A stretch of 58,157 bases of DNA, counting the filler, from Hydrolagus affinis (taxonomy: Eukaryota): the NCBI GenBank assembly GCA_012026655.1. It is 3 parts of 3 records of this genome, joined end to end, with 100 filler letters (N's around TTAATTAATTAA, not from the genome) between each part and the next. Parts side by side here need not be neighbours in the genome. Positions count along the whole stretch, not along the records: positions 1 to 27,950 come from JAAILG010008597.1; positions 28,051 to 44,259 come from JAAILG010017094.1; 1 more part is not named here. One strand, 5' to 3'. The notes beneath the pieces are model-generated. The model did not search any database, was not told where the DNA came from, and saw only the letters and a list, made by a program, of their open reading frames with translations. Below, piece after piece: positions 22,913-34,024 of this stretch; within the stretch, counting starts at the first letter, position 1, and every line of letters starts with the position of its first letter. The position numbers and the translations under genes were made by a program.

Positions 22913-25900
22913 TTACCTTTCAAGTTGTGAGATTTTAACATGGTCAACAATGAAGATGGTCAACACTATCACTACCAAGAAACAGAATATAAACCGTAAA
23001 ATCATCATGTTCTCCGACATTCCACCATAATATCCATTCCTCCCAGAAGCTAGAAAACAAAAATCGGAATGTAGCATGTTTACGGGAGAATCAAAGGAAT
23101 AATTGGGCTGCAGACTTTCTCAATTAATTTCTATTGGAAGCTACCCATGAGATGGATGAATATATTCAGAGACTTGTCCTGAAACATCAAGGCAAAGACT
23201 GTTTATTAGTGATGTTATAGAGACACAGTTACAGATTGTGTAGGAGCAGTGCCCTTGAGACTGTGTTGCTGAGGTTCAACTATTACCAGAGTTTGTGACT
23301 GTTCCGACCAGAGTCATGGATAGTTAGGCAGCATCTCAATCAAAACTGATTCCATTGGACATCTACCATCATATAGAAAAGGCTATAAAACATCTCATCA
23401 ACTATTTTTTATTTTAAGTCCAGCAATTGTTGCTATAAAGGAGAAGAAGCAAAACATTTGTTCCAATGAGGCGTCAGAAAATGAAATAGATTCATGAATT
23501 AATACAATTGATGTTTTATTCGTGGATATGTATCAGTCAAAAAGTCCAAATACTGATTTCTCACCCAATTGCAGGAGGAGAGCTCAGGCTATTGCATTTT
23601 AGGCAGGTTACCAAATAACAAAATAAGTATATTTGTGAAGGAGAGATATTGAAATTTATTTAAAAAAAGAAGATACTCAGGTTTAAGATATCCTACGTTT
23701 CAAAGATTAAATAATTATAGTTTAAAAAGAGTTGGACGCGTCTTCTACTTTCGCTTCACCTACAATATTGTGCAATCCAGTGAAGCAACTAGCCTCAGAT
23801 GCAAGTCCAAGTGGGATATTTCAAAGCGAGTTGGATAATAGTGTTAAGGTGAATGGAAAGTGTCGGAGATACTGATTCAAATCCTGCCATCATTCCAGAG
23901 CAACAATAACCTACACTTATATAGCGTGCTTTCAGCAGGAGAGAGTCCTGAAGGAGACATTACTATGAGATTTGAATTAACAACAGTTGATTATTTAAAA
24001 TTTGTTTAGAATCTTACCTGCGTCAGGTTTTGGGATAGTGTAGGTGGCAATAGCTGAAGTCTTGAGGGTGGCGTGAGACACCAGACAGGTATAAACTGAA
24101 GTTTTCTGGACAGACTGTGTGTCTTCAATAGAGCTAGAGACCTTATAGAGTTCCCCCGATTTCTGCTTTTCACTGGTTACTGTCTCTTCCACCTTTATTC
24201 CTGATGTTCGTGTAATTTGAATCCCATCTTTATGCCATGTGAGGGTGAAATACTTTGGGTAAAATGCCGTAGTTTCACACACAAGATTTACTTGCTCAGT
24301 TGAATTAGAGAAAATCCTGATTGGAGTTGGGGGAACTGTAGAACAGATAATAGAGGAAAATCGTATTAGTTTTGACGAATCGGCGGGACAAGCTTTATTT
24401 TGATTCATTTATTTGCAGAATCCTGATTCCTGAGTGCAAATGGAGGTTAGTTTAGATACACATATTCCTCTCATCGCAGCAGAGCGTTCCTCCTGCTTTG
24501 ATTAATTTGTGGTTTTATCATTAATACTCCTTCATATTGTTGTCTTAAATATTATACTAAATGTAATGATTAGCAGGCGGAATTGATCACTGCTAACTAT
24601 CAAACACAGGATATAGAGTATTCCTGATGGCTGTGCACACGATGTTATTCTAGCTCAATTGGTAACTTTCTCGATTCTGAGTTAGAAGGGTTTGGGTTCA
24701 AGCTCCGTGTGCAGATTTGGAATTCATATAGTCTACGTTGAATCATCTGTTGCAATGCTGTTCTTAAATGCAAATTTAAACCTGGTTTAGTTATGACCGT
24801 TATTTGGCTAAAACGTTAATGATCTCATGGCCAAATTCAAATAGAGTATTGGTGGCCTGCCCAACAATTAATTTTTATTAAATGGTCTTCCACCCCATGA
24901 CTGTTCTGCAACATTTTTCTGCATAAATTGATGGCTGTGGTTCCTCATCGTGTACTCAGTCTCATGACTTTACAAAACATCATGTGCGGTGCTTTGGTAT
25001 GTTTCCAAGTTGCAGTATCAAATGAAAGGATTGTATTATTGAACTCTTGGGAGGTTTCCATTAGGTAAAGAGGGAAACAGTGAGTCTACAACAAGAGGCT
25101 AAAATTAAGATCATTATCATAAAATAAAGGATAGTGAATTTTGATGTTGCTGAGAGGCTGTTTGGTCGTAAACAAAATACTGGGTGAAGCACTTTCCTTA
25201 ACAGCTGTTGAAAGGAATTTTCATGTCATGATTTCTTTGTCTTCTATAAGTATTTTGGATGATATACTCGTATGAATAATATGGATAAAATCTGTAACCT
25301 TTGTAACATTGTCATAGAGCGGATCGACTTCAAGATACTCAATCTTGTGTTTAAATCTCTCCACTCTTCTGCACCTTCTCTAACTCTCCGACATGGTCTC
25401 TCCTCACTGCAGTCTACTGTGTCCAGTCTCCTGCTTATCCCTTAATCCTCCGCTCAACCATTTGTGGCTCTGCTTTTAGTCACTAAGGGCTGAAACATTC
25501 GAACTACTATCCTTAACCCCTTCTCTTCACCCCCTCCTTTTCCATATTCAGGTCGTGCCTGAAGATCTTTCTCTTCTACCATGCTTACGGTTACCGTCCC
25601 CCTTGGCCTCGGGCTCCGCCATTCTGAAGCACTCTGACATACCGCCTGGTGTGGAGGCCACGATATAAATGCAAATTGTTGTTGTTATAAAATTATTCGT
25701 GAAGTTGTAGTGAGTTACAGTATTTTGTGTTTTAGTTGTGTGCAGTTTGAAATCAAACACATGATTCTCACATAACAAAAGCCGCTGAAACCTTGGTCCA
25801 TGCCTTTGTCACCTCTCGGCTGGACTATTGCAACTCTCCGGTCTCCCCGCCACCACAATCCACAAAATCCAGCTTATCCAAAACTCTGCCACCCGCATAC

Positions 25901-27029
25901 TCACCCGTTCTAAGCTTCGCTCCCCCATTACCCCAGTCCTTGCCAGACTTCACTGGCTCCCTATCCCAGAGAGGATCGACTTCAAGATCCTCACCCTTGT
26001 TTTCAAATCCCTCCACTCCTCTGCACCCCCCTATCTCTCTGATCTCCTCTCTCCCCAAACTAGCACCTGCTGCCTTCACTCCTCTGGGTCTGGCCTCCTC
26101 CATGTTGCCCGAGTCCTCCAGTCCACCCTCGGTGGCCGTATCTTCAGGCACTATGTCTCGAGACTCTGGAATTCCCTTCCTCACTCCCTTTGCCTTGGCC
26201 CCCTCTCTTCCCAGTTTCAGGTCACAGACCTTTCTTTTCGACCGCGCTTTTGGTCACCTTTCTGCCCCTGCCCCTGGCTCGGTCCCGGGATCCGCTATTG
26301 TGAAGCACTCTGAGATGCCGTCCGGCATGGAGGGCGCTATATAAATCAAAGTTGTTGTTATAACATACTCTAAAAACTAATATGTAACGGTTATTAATGC
26401 ACAAATAATCTAAAGATCCAAATAACATTCACTGCATCTATTACATTTTATATAATTTTCACATAGTTTTTTGCTCTTCATCCACACTCACCCTGCACAA
26501 TTAATTGAGATCCAGGTCCTGTTCCAATTACTGATCCCTGATGGGTCACTTTGCAGCGATAGACCCCAGAGTCCTGGAAACTCACATTCAGGAGCTGGAA
26601 GTAGCTGCTTCCTTTCTCTTTCACACCAAATATTTTCCTGCTATCCACAATTGTATCTAAATAGCCGTCCTCACCCTCCTTCTTCCACCGCACCTCCACT
26701 CCCGAACCGTTTTGAGAGGAGGGAAAGATACAGATGAAATTGATGTTTGTCCCTTTGATGGCAGCTAAACGTTCTGGGAGTTGAGACACTTTCCCTGGAG
26801 AATCACCAGCAACTGTCAGAAAATAACGTCAAACAATGATTTCTCAGAAAGTATGCTATGGGGAAAAGCAAAGGAGTAAAACAAAAAGAACTAGGTATAC
26901 TGTATATGATAAATGGCACATGGAAAGAAGCTTACACACATTTCATAGAACAACTGACATGTAAAATAGACATATACCTGTTGAAATAAAACTCAAGACA
27001 GACAGATACAGAAAAACAACGCTCCCCAT
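22913..27029 (-). CDS. Receptor gene 3: 275-aa V-C1-TM receptor with Arg in the TM and a minimal tail (activating type), close paralogue of gene 2
   Basis: Exons 26978-27029 leader (MGSVVFLYLSVLSFIST), 26492-26812 V (..YRCKVTHQGSVIGTGPGSQLIVQ), 24018-24335 C1, 22913-23049 TM/stop (ASGRNGYYGGMSENMMILRFIFCFLVVIVLTIFIVDHVKISQLER*). Junctions are phase 1. The 3' end is less certain because the stop overlaps a possible donor site. Confidence 0.82.
25317..26358 (+). mobile_element. Two L2 3' fragments (25317-25687 and 25779-26358) in the V-C1 intron of gene 3, absent from gene 2
   Basis: SRLDYCNS, LARLHWLPIPERIDFKILTL and L2 tails ending (GTT)n; flanks align with 16250-16400. Confidence 0.85.
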
Positions 27030-27093
27030 GTCTGACTCTGGCTCTGATAAGCTGTAACTCGCAAATGTGGAATGTTTGATATAGAATAGGCAG

Positions 27094-27140
27094 CTGTGAC
27101 ACTGACTTCCTGTTTATTTTGGTTTGTGAAATGTGGTTGC
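27094..27140 (-). promoter_or_regulatory. ETS + RUNX-like promoter motifs of gene 3
   Basis: CTGTGACACTGACTTCCTGT at 27094-27113 and TGTGGTT at about 27132. Confidence 0.5.
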
Positions 27141-27713
27141 TGTAGTTGTTGTGATTTGACATCCATTTCTACAATTAAATTGTGAGAATAATAATGCTTC
27201 CTGTTAATAGCAGAGGAAGGTTAAACACACATCTAAATATAAAACGTAGCATTCGGAAAGGTTGTTTTAAGCATCAACTACACTTGGAGTCAATAGGGAC
27301 AGAAATAAGCAATTTCTGCTGACAGTTCTATCCGTGCCAAATTGATAGAAATAAATCATTCCCTCTAAAGCACATCCCGCCCCTCCAAATACCTAAATTA
27401 TCGTTCCATCTTCACCTTACCTTTTGTATCCAAAGACCTGACCACTGAACTTTGTTCCCACCTGTTTCTGCACTGAGTCCTTGAAGTCCGGTTTCTACCG
27501 AAACCCGAGACAGCACAGTCAAAGTAATGATAATACACTCTCTCTTTGGTTCTCTTTCACTCTGCAATGTCGGCCCTTTGGCTTTTTGTATTGCTTTGTA
27601 TCCAAGGTCCTGGTCACTCAACTTTGTTCCCACGTTTTACTGCACTCGGTGCTAGAACACCTCAAGCTAAGCTTGTGCGCACAGCATAGAAAGACTAGTA
27701 ACAGAAAACAAAG

Positions 27714-27715
27714 TC

Positions 27716-27760
<45 letters not shown>
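27714..27760 (+). repeat. (GTCT)n microsatellite; the paralogous position upstream of gene 2 is a (CT)n tract at 17790-17826
   Basis: Direct reading of the sequence. Confidence 0.9.
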
Positions 27761-27950
27761 TTCTGTCTCCATCCATTTTTGTTGCATTGCATGGCCACCT
27801 GCAGTTTCCAAGAACTGTATTTTAGGCCCCATTCTATTTCTCATTTATCTCTTTGTGATACTTTCCACGTACAAGCTACTAACTTTCGTATTTATGTCAA
27901 TCAAAGACCGCTCTTCTTTTCAACTTCCACTGTTGATTCCAGGTCCACTG

Positions 27951-28050
27951 NNNNNNNNNNNNNNNNNNNNNNNNNNNNNNNNNNNNNNNNNNNNTTAATT
28001 AATTAANNNNNNNNNNNNNNNNNNNNNNNNNNNNNNNNNNNNNNNNNNNN
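27951..28050. other. Artificial contig linker (N44-TTAATTAATTAA-N44)
   Basis: Exactly 100 nt with a central 12-mer that places stops in all six frames; identical to the second linker. Confidence 0.95.
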
Positions 28051-29626
28051 AGTCAACAGCAGTGCAGACCTATCCGTCAGCCAGCCGGGCTGGTCTGTCA
28101 TCAGCATTCTATAGAGTCGCATATAAATGTCTGTGTCAGGAGGAGATAACAACAACAAATCGCATGTATACAGTAACTTTTTTTCTTTTGATACAACGTC
28201 CCTAGTGATTGCACAGTCTGGTGTTTGTATCTGAGCTGGTGGTTGCTCATGGTGGGGTGAGGGGAGGTGTTTGTGTTGGGGAGGGGGAGGTGGGGGGAGT
28301 AATGATGATAATTCAAATAGGAACGTTTTGAGTTAGGCCTGAAAGTCAGAATGTGACATGGGAATCCAATGTGAATCTACGATGGAGTTCCTGAATTTGG
28401 GAGAGAATAGGCTGATAGCCCATTTGTCAATTCTGGTGTTTGAAGTGCCGGGGACATGAAACATACTTTAAGGGGGGACGAGATTAACAGTCATCGTTAT
28501 AATAATAATAACAACATTATTCTTTCAATTTTGATTTTGAGCTTTTCGCGTCGTCTTGGCATCCCATGGCTCCTCACAGCATATACACTAACTTGTATAT
28601 GAACTGCGGCAACCAGTTTCACACAGCAGTGTCCCACACACAGTCCTGAATTAACATGACCAATGTAATGTTGGTTTTCTTAGGCATTGTTTTCAGTGGT
28701 GTGCGGATAGAAAGCTTTATACTCTCTGTAATTGGTTAGATAGAATGCATTTTTTCCATTGAGAGGGAGAGCACATTCCATTCGAATAGATGAGATATCC
28801 CATGTTTAGGTGAATTGCACAGAATTAGCAGGGATTTGTTTGGATTCTCTAAATATTTTGAGGTCCAATAAGATACACAGTTGAGCACAATGTAAAACAG
28901 TTGATAGTTACATACACTTCGTGTAAATATTGAAGATTGAGATGGCCAGCAAGAAGGCGAGAATGGGGAGAAGCTGGTTGTGTTGTGTGAGCATGCTGAG
29001 CGGATAAATGTAGGGGTGACTGTACCTACGATGTTCTCCCCATTCATTCTGACCTAGCGTCAGACTTCACAACTGTGTCGAGCTCTGACACACTACTCTG
29101 TTTCAGCAGTGCTGTCTAAGTATATGCTGTTGTTGCTGTAATTCAAAATACACAGAAGCAATTCAAACACAGATGAGAATGACAAATATATGCTGTCAGC
29201 AGGGATGAAAGTATGTATTTAAAATTCCGCAGAGCACCTTAATACCAGATTGCTGATTCACCCAATAACTGAAAGCAATAAGGCACTGAATGGGGGTGGG
29301 GGTGGTGGTGGGGGGTTTGTGTTGTGGGGGTGTGGAGAGAGAATGCAATGTTTCCCAAGTCCAGGCAGATGGGCATTGACATGAAGGTCTGTAGTACAGA
29401 CAGTTCGCGGTGTTGCACTGTATCCACACCTTGTGTTCACAAAAAAATAACCGCCCAGTGGCTGAATGCGTTATTACAGCTACAATTGTATTCAATTCAG
29501 ATATTATTCATTTTTCAAGAACGAAACGCCAACAGTATTGGTTTCTTCATCAACGATTAAGTAAGATCATGTTTTGAGTTTCTCCTCAGTGTTCTATTGT
29601 AAAGGTTCAATACATTTTCATTAGTT

Positions 29627-30395
29627 ATCACAACAACAACAACTTAAACTTATAAATCGCCTTTCACGTCGGGAGGATGTCCCAAGGCGCTGCACAGGAG
29701 TCGTGTGACCCGAGCTGTGAGACGAGTGTTCGGGACGGGGTGAAACACGTAAGGGATGTCGAAAAATTCGGTTGGAACAGAAGAAAACGTCGAAGAGGAA
29801 AGTCCTCAAACCGGCCTTGAAAGAGGAAAGGGAGGAAACCAAACGGAGGGATTGGGGGATGGAATTCCATAGGGTGGGAGCGGAGAAACTGAAGGCCCGG
29901 CCTCCGATGGTGGGGCGGTTCGGGCGGGGTGCTTGGAGAAGGCCAATTCCTGCTGAACGAAGGGTCCGGGTGGGCTTATAGGGGGAGAGTAAATTGGTTA
30001 AGTAGGGCGGGGCAAGGCCGTGTAAGGCCCTGAAAGTGAGGACGAGGATCTTGATCTCGATCCTCTGGAGGATGGTGAGCCAGTGGAGACGGGCGAGGGT
30101 GGGAAGTTTGTGGTCGCGGAGGCGGGTGCGGGATAATACAAGGGCTTCAGAGATTTGGATGACCTGCAGTCTGTGAATGGAGGAGCTGGCGAGGCCGACG
30201 AGGAGATAGTTTCCGTAGTCCAGCCGTGAGGTGATGTATGCTTCCACGAGTGTTTCGGCAGCGTGGGATGTGAGATAGTAGCGGAGCCTGGCAATGTTGC
30301 GTAGGTGGAAATAAGCGGTGCCGGTCAAGGCACGGATATGGGGAAGGAAGGAGAGTTTATGGTCGAACGTGATGCCGAGGTTCCTGACTGAATTT
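29627..30395 (-). mobile_element. L2 LINE 3' fragment
   Basis: ORF 29621-30328: [33 protein letters not shown]; (CAA)n tail. Confidence 0.9.
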
Positions 30396-30827
30396 GTGTG
30401 GTGGAGAATACAGACTTGGATGTTGAGGCTGGCAGTCTCTGGTCTGATTTCACGTGTTTATGTAATCAATCATTTCCCAATTGAATCCCAGGACATTATT
30501 TGTATTCATTTTAACAAAATTGATGAATTGGTCACTTTCATCCACGTACCTTTGTGGGAATCTGCTGTGTTCAATTCTCTGACAGATTTCACCACAAATG
30601 TACGGTTAATTCACTTTATAGTAAATTACGTGAGCTTCCCACAAGATATGTGGAGTACGTGGAAACAGTTATATGAAATGCAATGATAATTATCATTGCT
30701 TTGCGCCTCAGGTCAGTTTAACACTCTCAAATTTTAGTGAGACTTAAAGCCGAGAACCAATTTCCCTTTTTGTACATCTCCCCTGATGTTTTGTGCAGTT
30801 GTTGTGTGTTCAATTAACGATAACAAT

Positions 30828-30863
30828 TCTGCAGTACTGCATTACTACCGCCAGATGGTGGCG
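30828..30863 (+). promoter_or_regulatory. CTCF-like site with upstream TGCAGTAC module
   Basis: CTGCAGTACTGCATTACTACCGCCAGATGGTGGCG resembles the extended CTCF motif; matched by eye. Confidence 0.5.
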
Positions 30864-31216
30864 AAGCGCTGTGTAACTGCCTACAAGTGAAATCCCTTGT
30901 TCTCCTTGAGCTGAGAAGAGAAAGTTTGAACAGACCTGGTCTGCAGCTTGGTAGCACATTGCCAGACTCCTTCAAAGCTTCCAACCAACCCCCGCCTCAC
31001 ACTCCAAAACTACCTGCGACACTCTCTAGTCTGATTTCCGATCAAGATATATCAGGTGCACATTTATTTGTGGAGTACGGGATTGCATTGTTTTGGGGAG
31101 AGAACTGGTGAGTGGGATTGAATTGCTTTTTTCAAAAGGCGGACCCACACAATGGACCGAATGGCCTCCTTTTTGTGTTCAAATTAACGCTAATAATATT
31201 CAGTACCACTTTACTA

Positions 31217-31232
31217 CAGCCAGATGGCGGCG
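31217..31232 (+). promoter_or_regulatory. CTCF-like site (duplicate of the 30848 site)
   Basis: CAGCCAGATGGCGGCG within a ~100-bp duplicate of 30800-30895. Confidence 0.45.
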
Positions 31233-31858
31233 ATGCACTGTGTAACTTCTCACTAAGTTCTGAGTAAAATTCCTTTTCCTCATTTAGCAGAGAAGAACCC
31301 GTATGAGCCGAATTGTTCTGTAGATGGGTAACATATTGTCAGAATTTTTGCCAGTGGTTCCCACTGCTGATGACAACACAGCCCGTCCTGGCTCATCGGC
31401 ACGACTTTTGCAGAGCAGATCAGCACGAATCTTCGAATCTTCACGATTTCTCCGTTGCCTTTGTCCAGTTATATATTGACCGCCATTCTATTGCCCTGCT
31501 TCCTTGGAATCAATCATGGATATGTCCTTTACTTTAATGGTTGGAACGCTTGCCACTTAAGCAGATGTGAGTTACGTTTCGAGCTGGGAGGAACATTGTG
31601 TGTGTTCATCATCCACAAACATGCCTCTGTTCTGCCAGCTGTAAGTGTTAACCCTAATGATTGTCGAATGACGAATCAATGTAGCACAAACCAACATACG
31701 TGACGTGAGATGTCAGTAAAGCCGTCACTCAGAATATAGTTATAACCTGCACAGCTAAAAGCATTCGACAAATATTCATAAACGCTTGTCAGGATGATTG
31801 GATGAATTCCTGTTGCATTTCCCTGACAGATTTTGACTTGTCTCAGCGAGGATTAAGA

Positions 31859-32303
31859 ATGAAGCCATGTTTCACTGCAATACATATTATTCTTAAGTTA
31901 TTGATTCTGATATTCCGTAAGTAAAGCCCCAGTTTGGACAAACACATTCTCGTTTTCCTATTAACTAAATTTTTGTTGCAGATTTTTTCCAAGTTTCTTT
32001 GCTGGAATGTCCTTGCCTGTTCCCCCCAGGTGTGTTGGCTGAAAACGAAGTGACACAGAGACCACTTTCCATGACAAAGAATGAAAATTGAAATGCATCT
32101 ATAGTGTTCATCATCACTGCGTCAAACCTAATCGTTCAATGTTACAAACAGCATGGAAACGGCGCCATCCAATTACCAGTGTTGGGATGAAGAGAGATGA
32201 AGCAGAAGGAGAGGATAAATGCTTTGACTGTTGGAAGAAATAGCACTTTTTCGATGTGAGACGTGCGCGTTTCTGATTCCGCCACTTACTTCTGTGCGGA
32301 GAG
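31859..32303 (+). pseudogene. TCR alpha/delta-type V pseudogene (family A; V0)
   Basis: Leader 31859-31916 (gtaagt donor) and V exon from 32030, homologous to V2/V5. It has in-frame TGA stops (ENENstop; VLGstop), the first Cys is lost and W is replaced by C; it ends YFCA. Confidence 0.85.
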
Positions 32304-32342
32304 CACAGTGGTGTGGGTTTAACAAAGATCTGTAAAAAAACA
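32304..32342 (+). other. 23-bp-spacer RSS of V0
   Basis: CACAGTG + 23 nt + AAAAAAACA (degenerate nonamer). Confidence 0.8.
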
Positions 32343-32852
32343 TGCTGGGGTTCCTGCAGCTCAATGGTTAGAGAACCTGCGTTGCAAACTAGAGAACATG
32401 AGCTGGAATCGCCGCAGAGTGAAACACTCAGCAAGCTGCCTTACTCCACACACGTCTATTTACATTGAAATGTGGAGGAACCCGGTTTGTGATCGATTGA
32501 CCGAATCGCTTTCCTGGGGATAAGAATTCCTTTGAAGAAATTGTTCCTCTCCAATCCAAGACACTTGTGGGACGCAGATGTGCGGAATCGGCTGCCGCAA
32601 TTAGCAGCAAATAACAATTTAAAAGTTTTATATGAAATAACCTTTAACTCTTCTATATTCCTGAGATACTACAATTATAGCCCTAATCCAGGTTTCCTTG
32701 GTCGAGTGATCACGAGTGTCCCTGTGTAAGATGCAGTTGTACAAGACGCTTCACACCAAAACAGAATATGACCCAGGAGGAGGAGGAGGAGGAAGGTTGA
32801 GGTGGTGTCCAACTCACTTCTGTGGGAGGAGCTTTGCCTGTGACTGGCAGTG

Positions 32853-33032
32853 ACTGCGTGGGCGGGGCCCCTTGTGGGCGAGGCTATGTTTGGGCGTGGA
32901 TCCGTTTGTGCGGGGCTCTGTGTGGGCGGGGCTGTGTGTGGGCGTGGTTCTGTGTGGGCGATTCTCTGTGTGGGCGGTGCTCTGTGTGGGCGGAGCACTG
33001 ACAATGTGTGCGTGTTTCGAAGTGGGCGGGGC
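32853..33032 (+). repeat. GC-box minisatellite (unit ~CTGTGTGGGCGGGGCT) upstream of the V1 TATA box
   Basis: About 9-10 imperfect 16-19-nt units containing TGGGCG(G). Confidence 0.8.
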
Positions 33033-33117
33033 AGTGAGTGTGTGTCTCTGCATTTCATCCACATTCACTATATAAACAGCCACATGTTGGAGAGTTGATG
33101 TCAGACACAGGCTTAAA

Positions 33118-33985
33118 ATGCTCCTGTGGGGGAAGTGTGCTGTGCTCTCAGTAATTCTAAGCTTACTTTCTCGTATGTAACCTTCTTATACCTTTACTAT
33201 TTTCCCATAATATCCGCTAAAGGCTTCAGTAGAGCAAAACTAATAACAAGATTAAGGATAATTGGGATTCTCTAAAGTCCTTCCTCACAAATTTAAGACG
33301 TCTGAACGCACTCCACATTATAATGTAAAGCGAATTGACAATGTATTCTCTGGGTGCAACGTGAGCGCCAATTTCGCTCAACAGTGCCCCAATTTTTTTT
33401 TAACGGATTCAATCACGAAATTAATATTAATTTTATTGATTTACATTTATGAATGATTAGCTCCAGAATAACAATCCGCGTATTGACTAACACTTGGATT
33501 GCTATTTACTGGTAGGATCAAAGAGGCATGCGGAGTAAAGAATTTTAGCTGAGGTATTGCACTGCTCAGGAATCGAATCTGGCTCTAATCTCTTATGTGG
33601 CTAGTGTTCTAACCATCGAGCAGCAGGATCCCTATGTCATACAATCTTGCTTCTCAATAACTTTGTCGATTTCAATCACAGGAAGCAGCTTGCAGGAAAT
33701 GGGGAAACAATCGATGACTGAAAGATCGATTCTAGAGGCACAAAATGTGAAATTGTCCTGCACCTTCAAGAAAATCAGTGATGCGTATGCTCTCTTCTGG
33801 TACAGACTAGCTTCCAGCCATGCTCCTGTGTATCTATTTCGGGGGACAGCGACTAACGTTCACAGGAACCCCGACTTCCCAGCTCGATTTTCCTCCACTA
33901 TCAATAAGTCGAGTGAGGATTTCGTACTGAGGATTGGCACAGTCCTGATCAGGGACATTGCTGTGTATTACTGTGCCATGGAGCC
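33118..33985 (+). CDS. TCR alpha/delta-type V gene segment V1 (intact)
   Basis: Leader 33118-33172 (MLLWGKCAVLSVILSLLS, gtatgt donor); V exon 33682-33985 (..VKLSCTF..LFWYR..RFSS..DIAVYYCAMEP); TATAAA at about 33070. Confidence 0.88.
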
Positions 33986-34024
33986 CACACTGCTGCTGTG
34001 CTATGGGGGCTCTGTACAAAAACG
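33986..34024 (+). other. 23-bp-spacer RSS of V1
   Basis: CACACTG + 23 nt + ACAAAAACG. Confidence 0.9.

Noticed and set aside
27995-28006. TTAATTAATTAA as a biological motif conserved at two sites
   Set aside because: Centred in exactly 44+44 Ns both times; it is a synthetic all-frame stop linker.
32675-33098. Several overlapping Pro/His- or Gly/Cys-rich ORFs
   Set aside because: Translations of the GC-box minisatellite.
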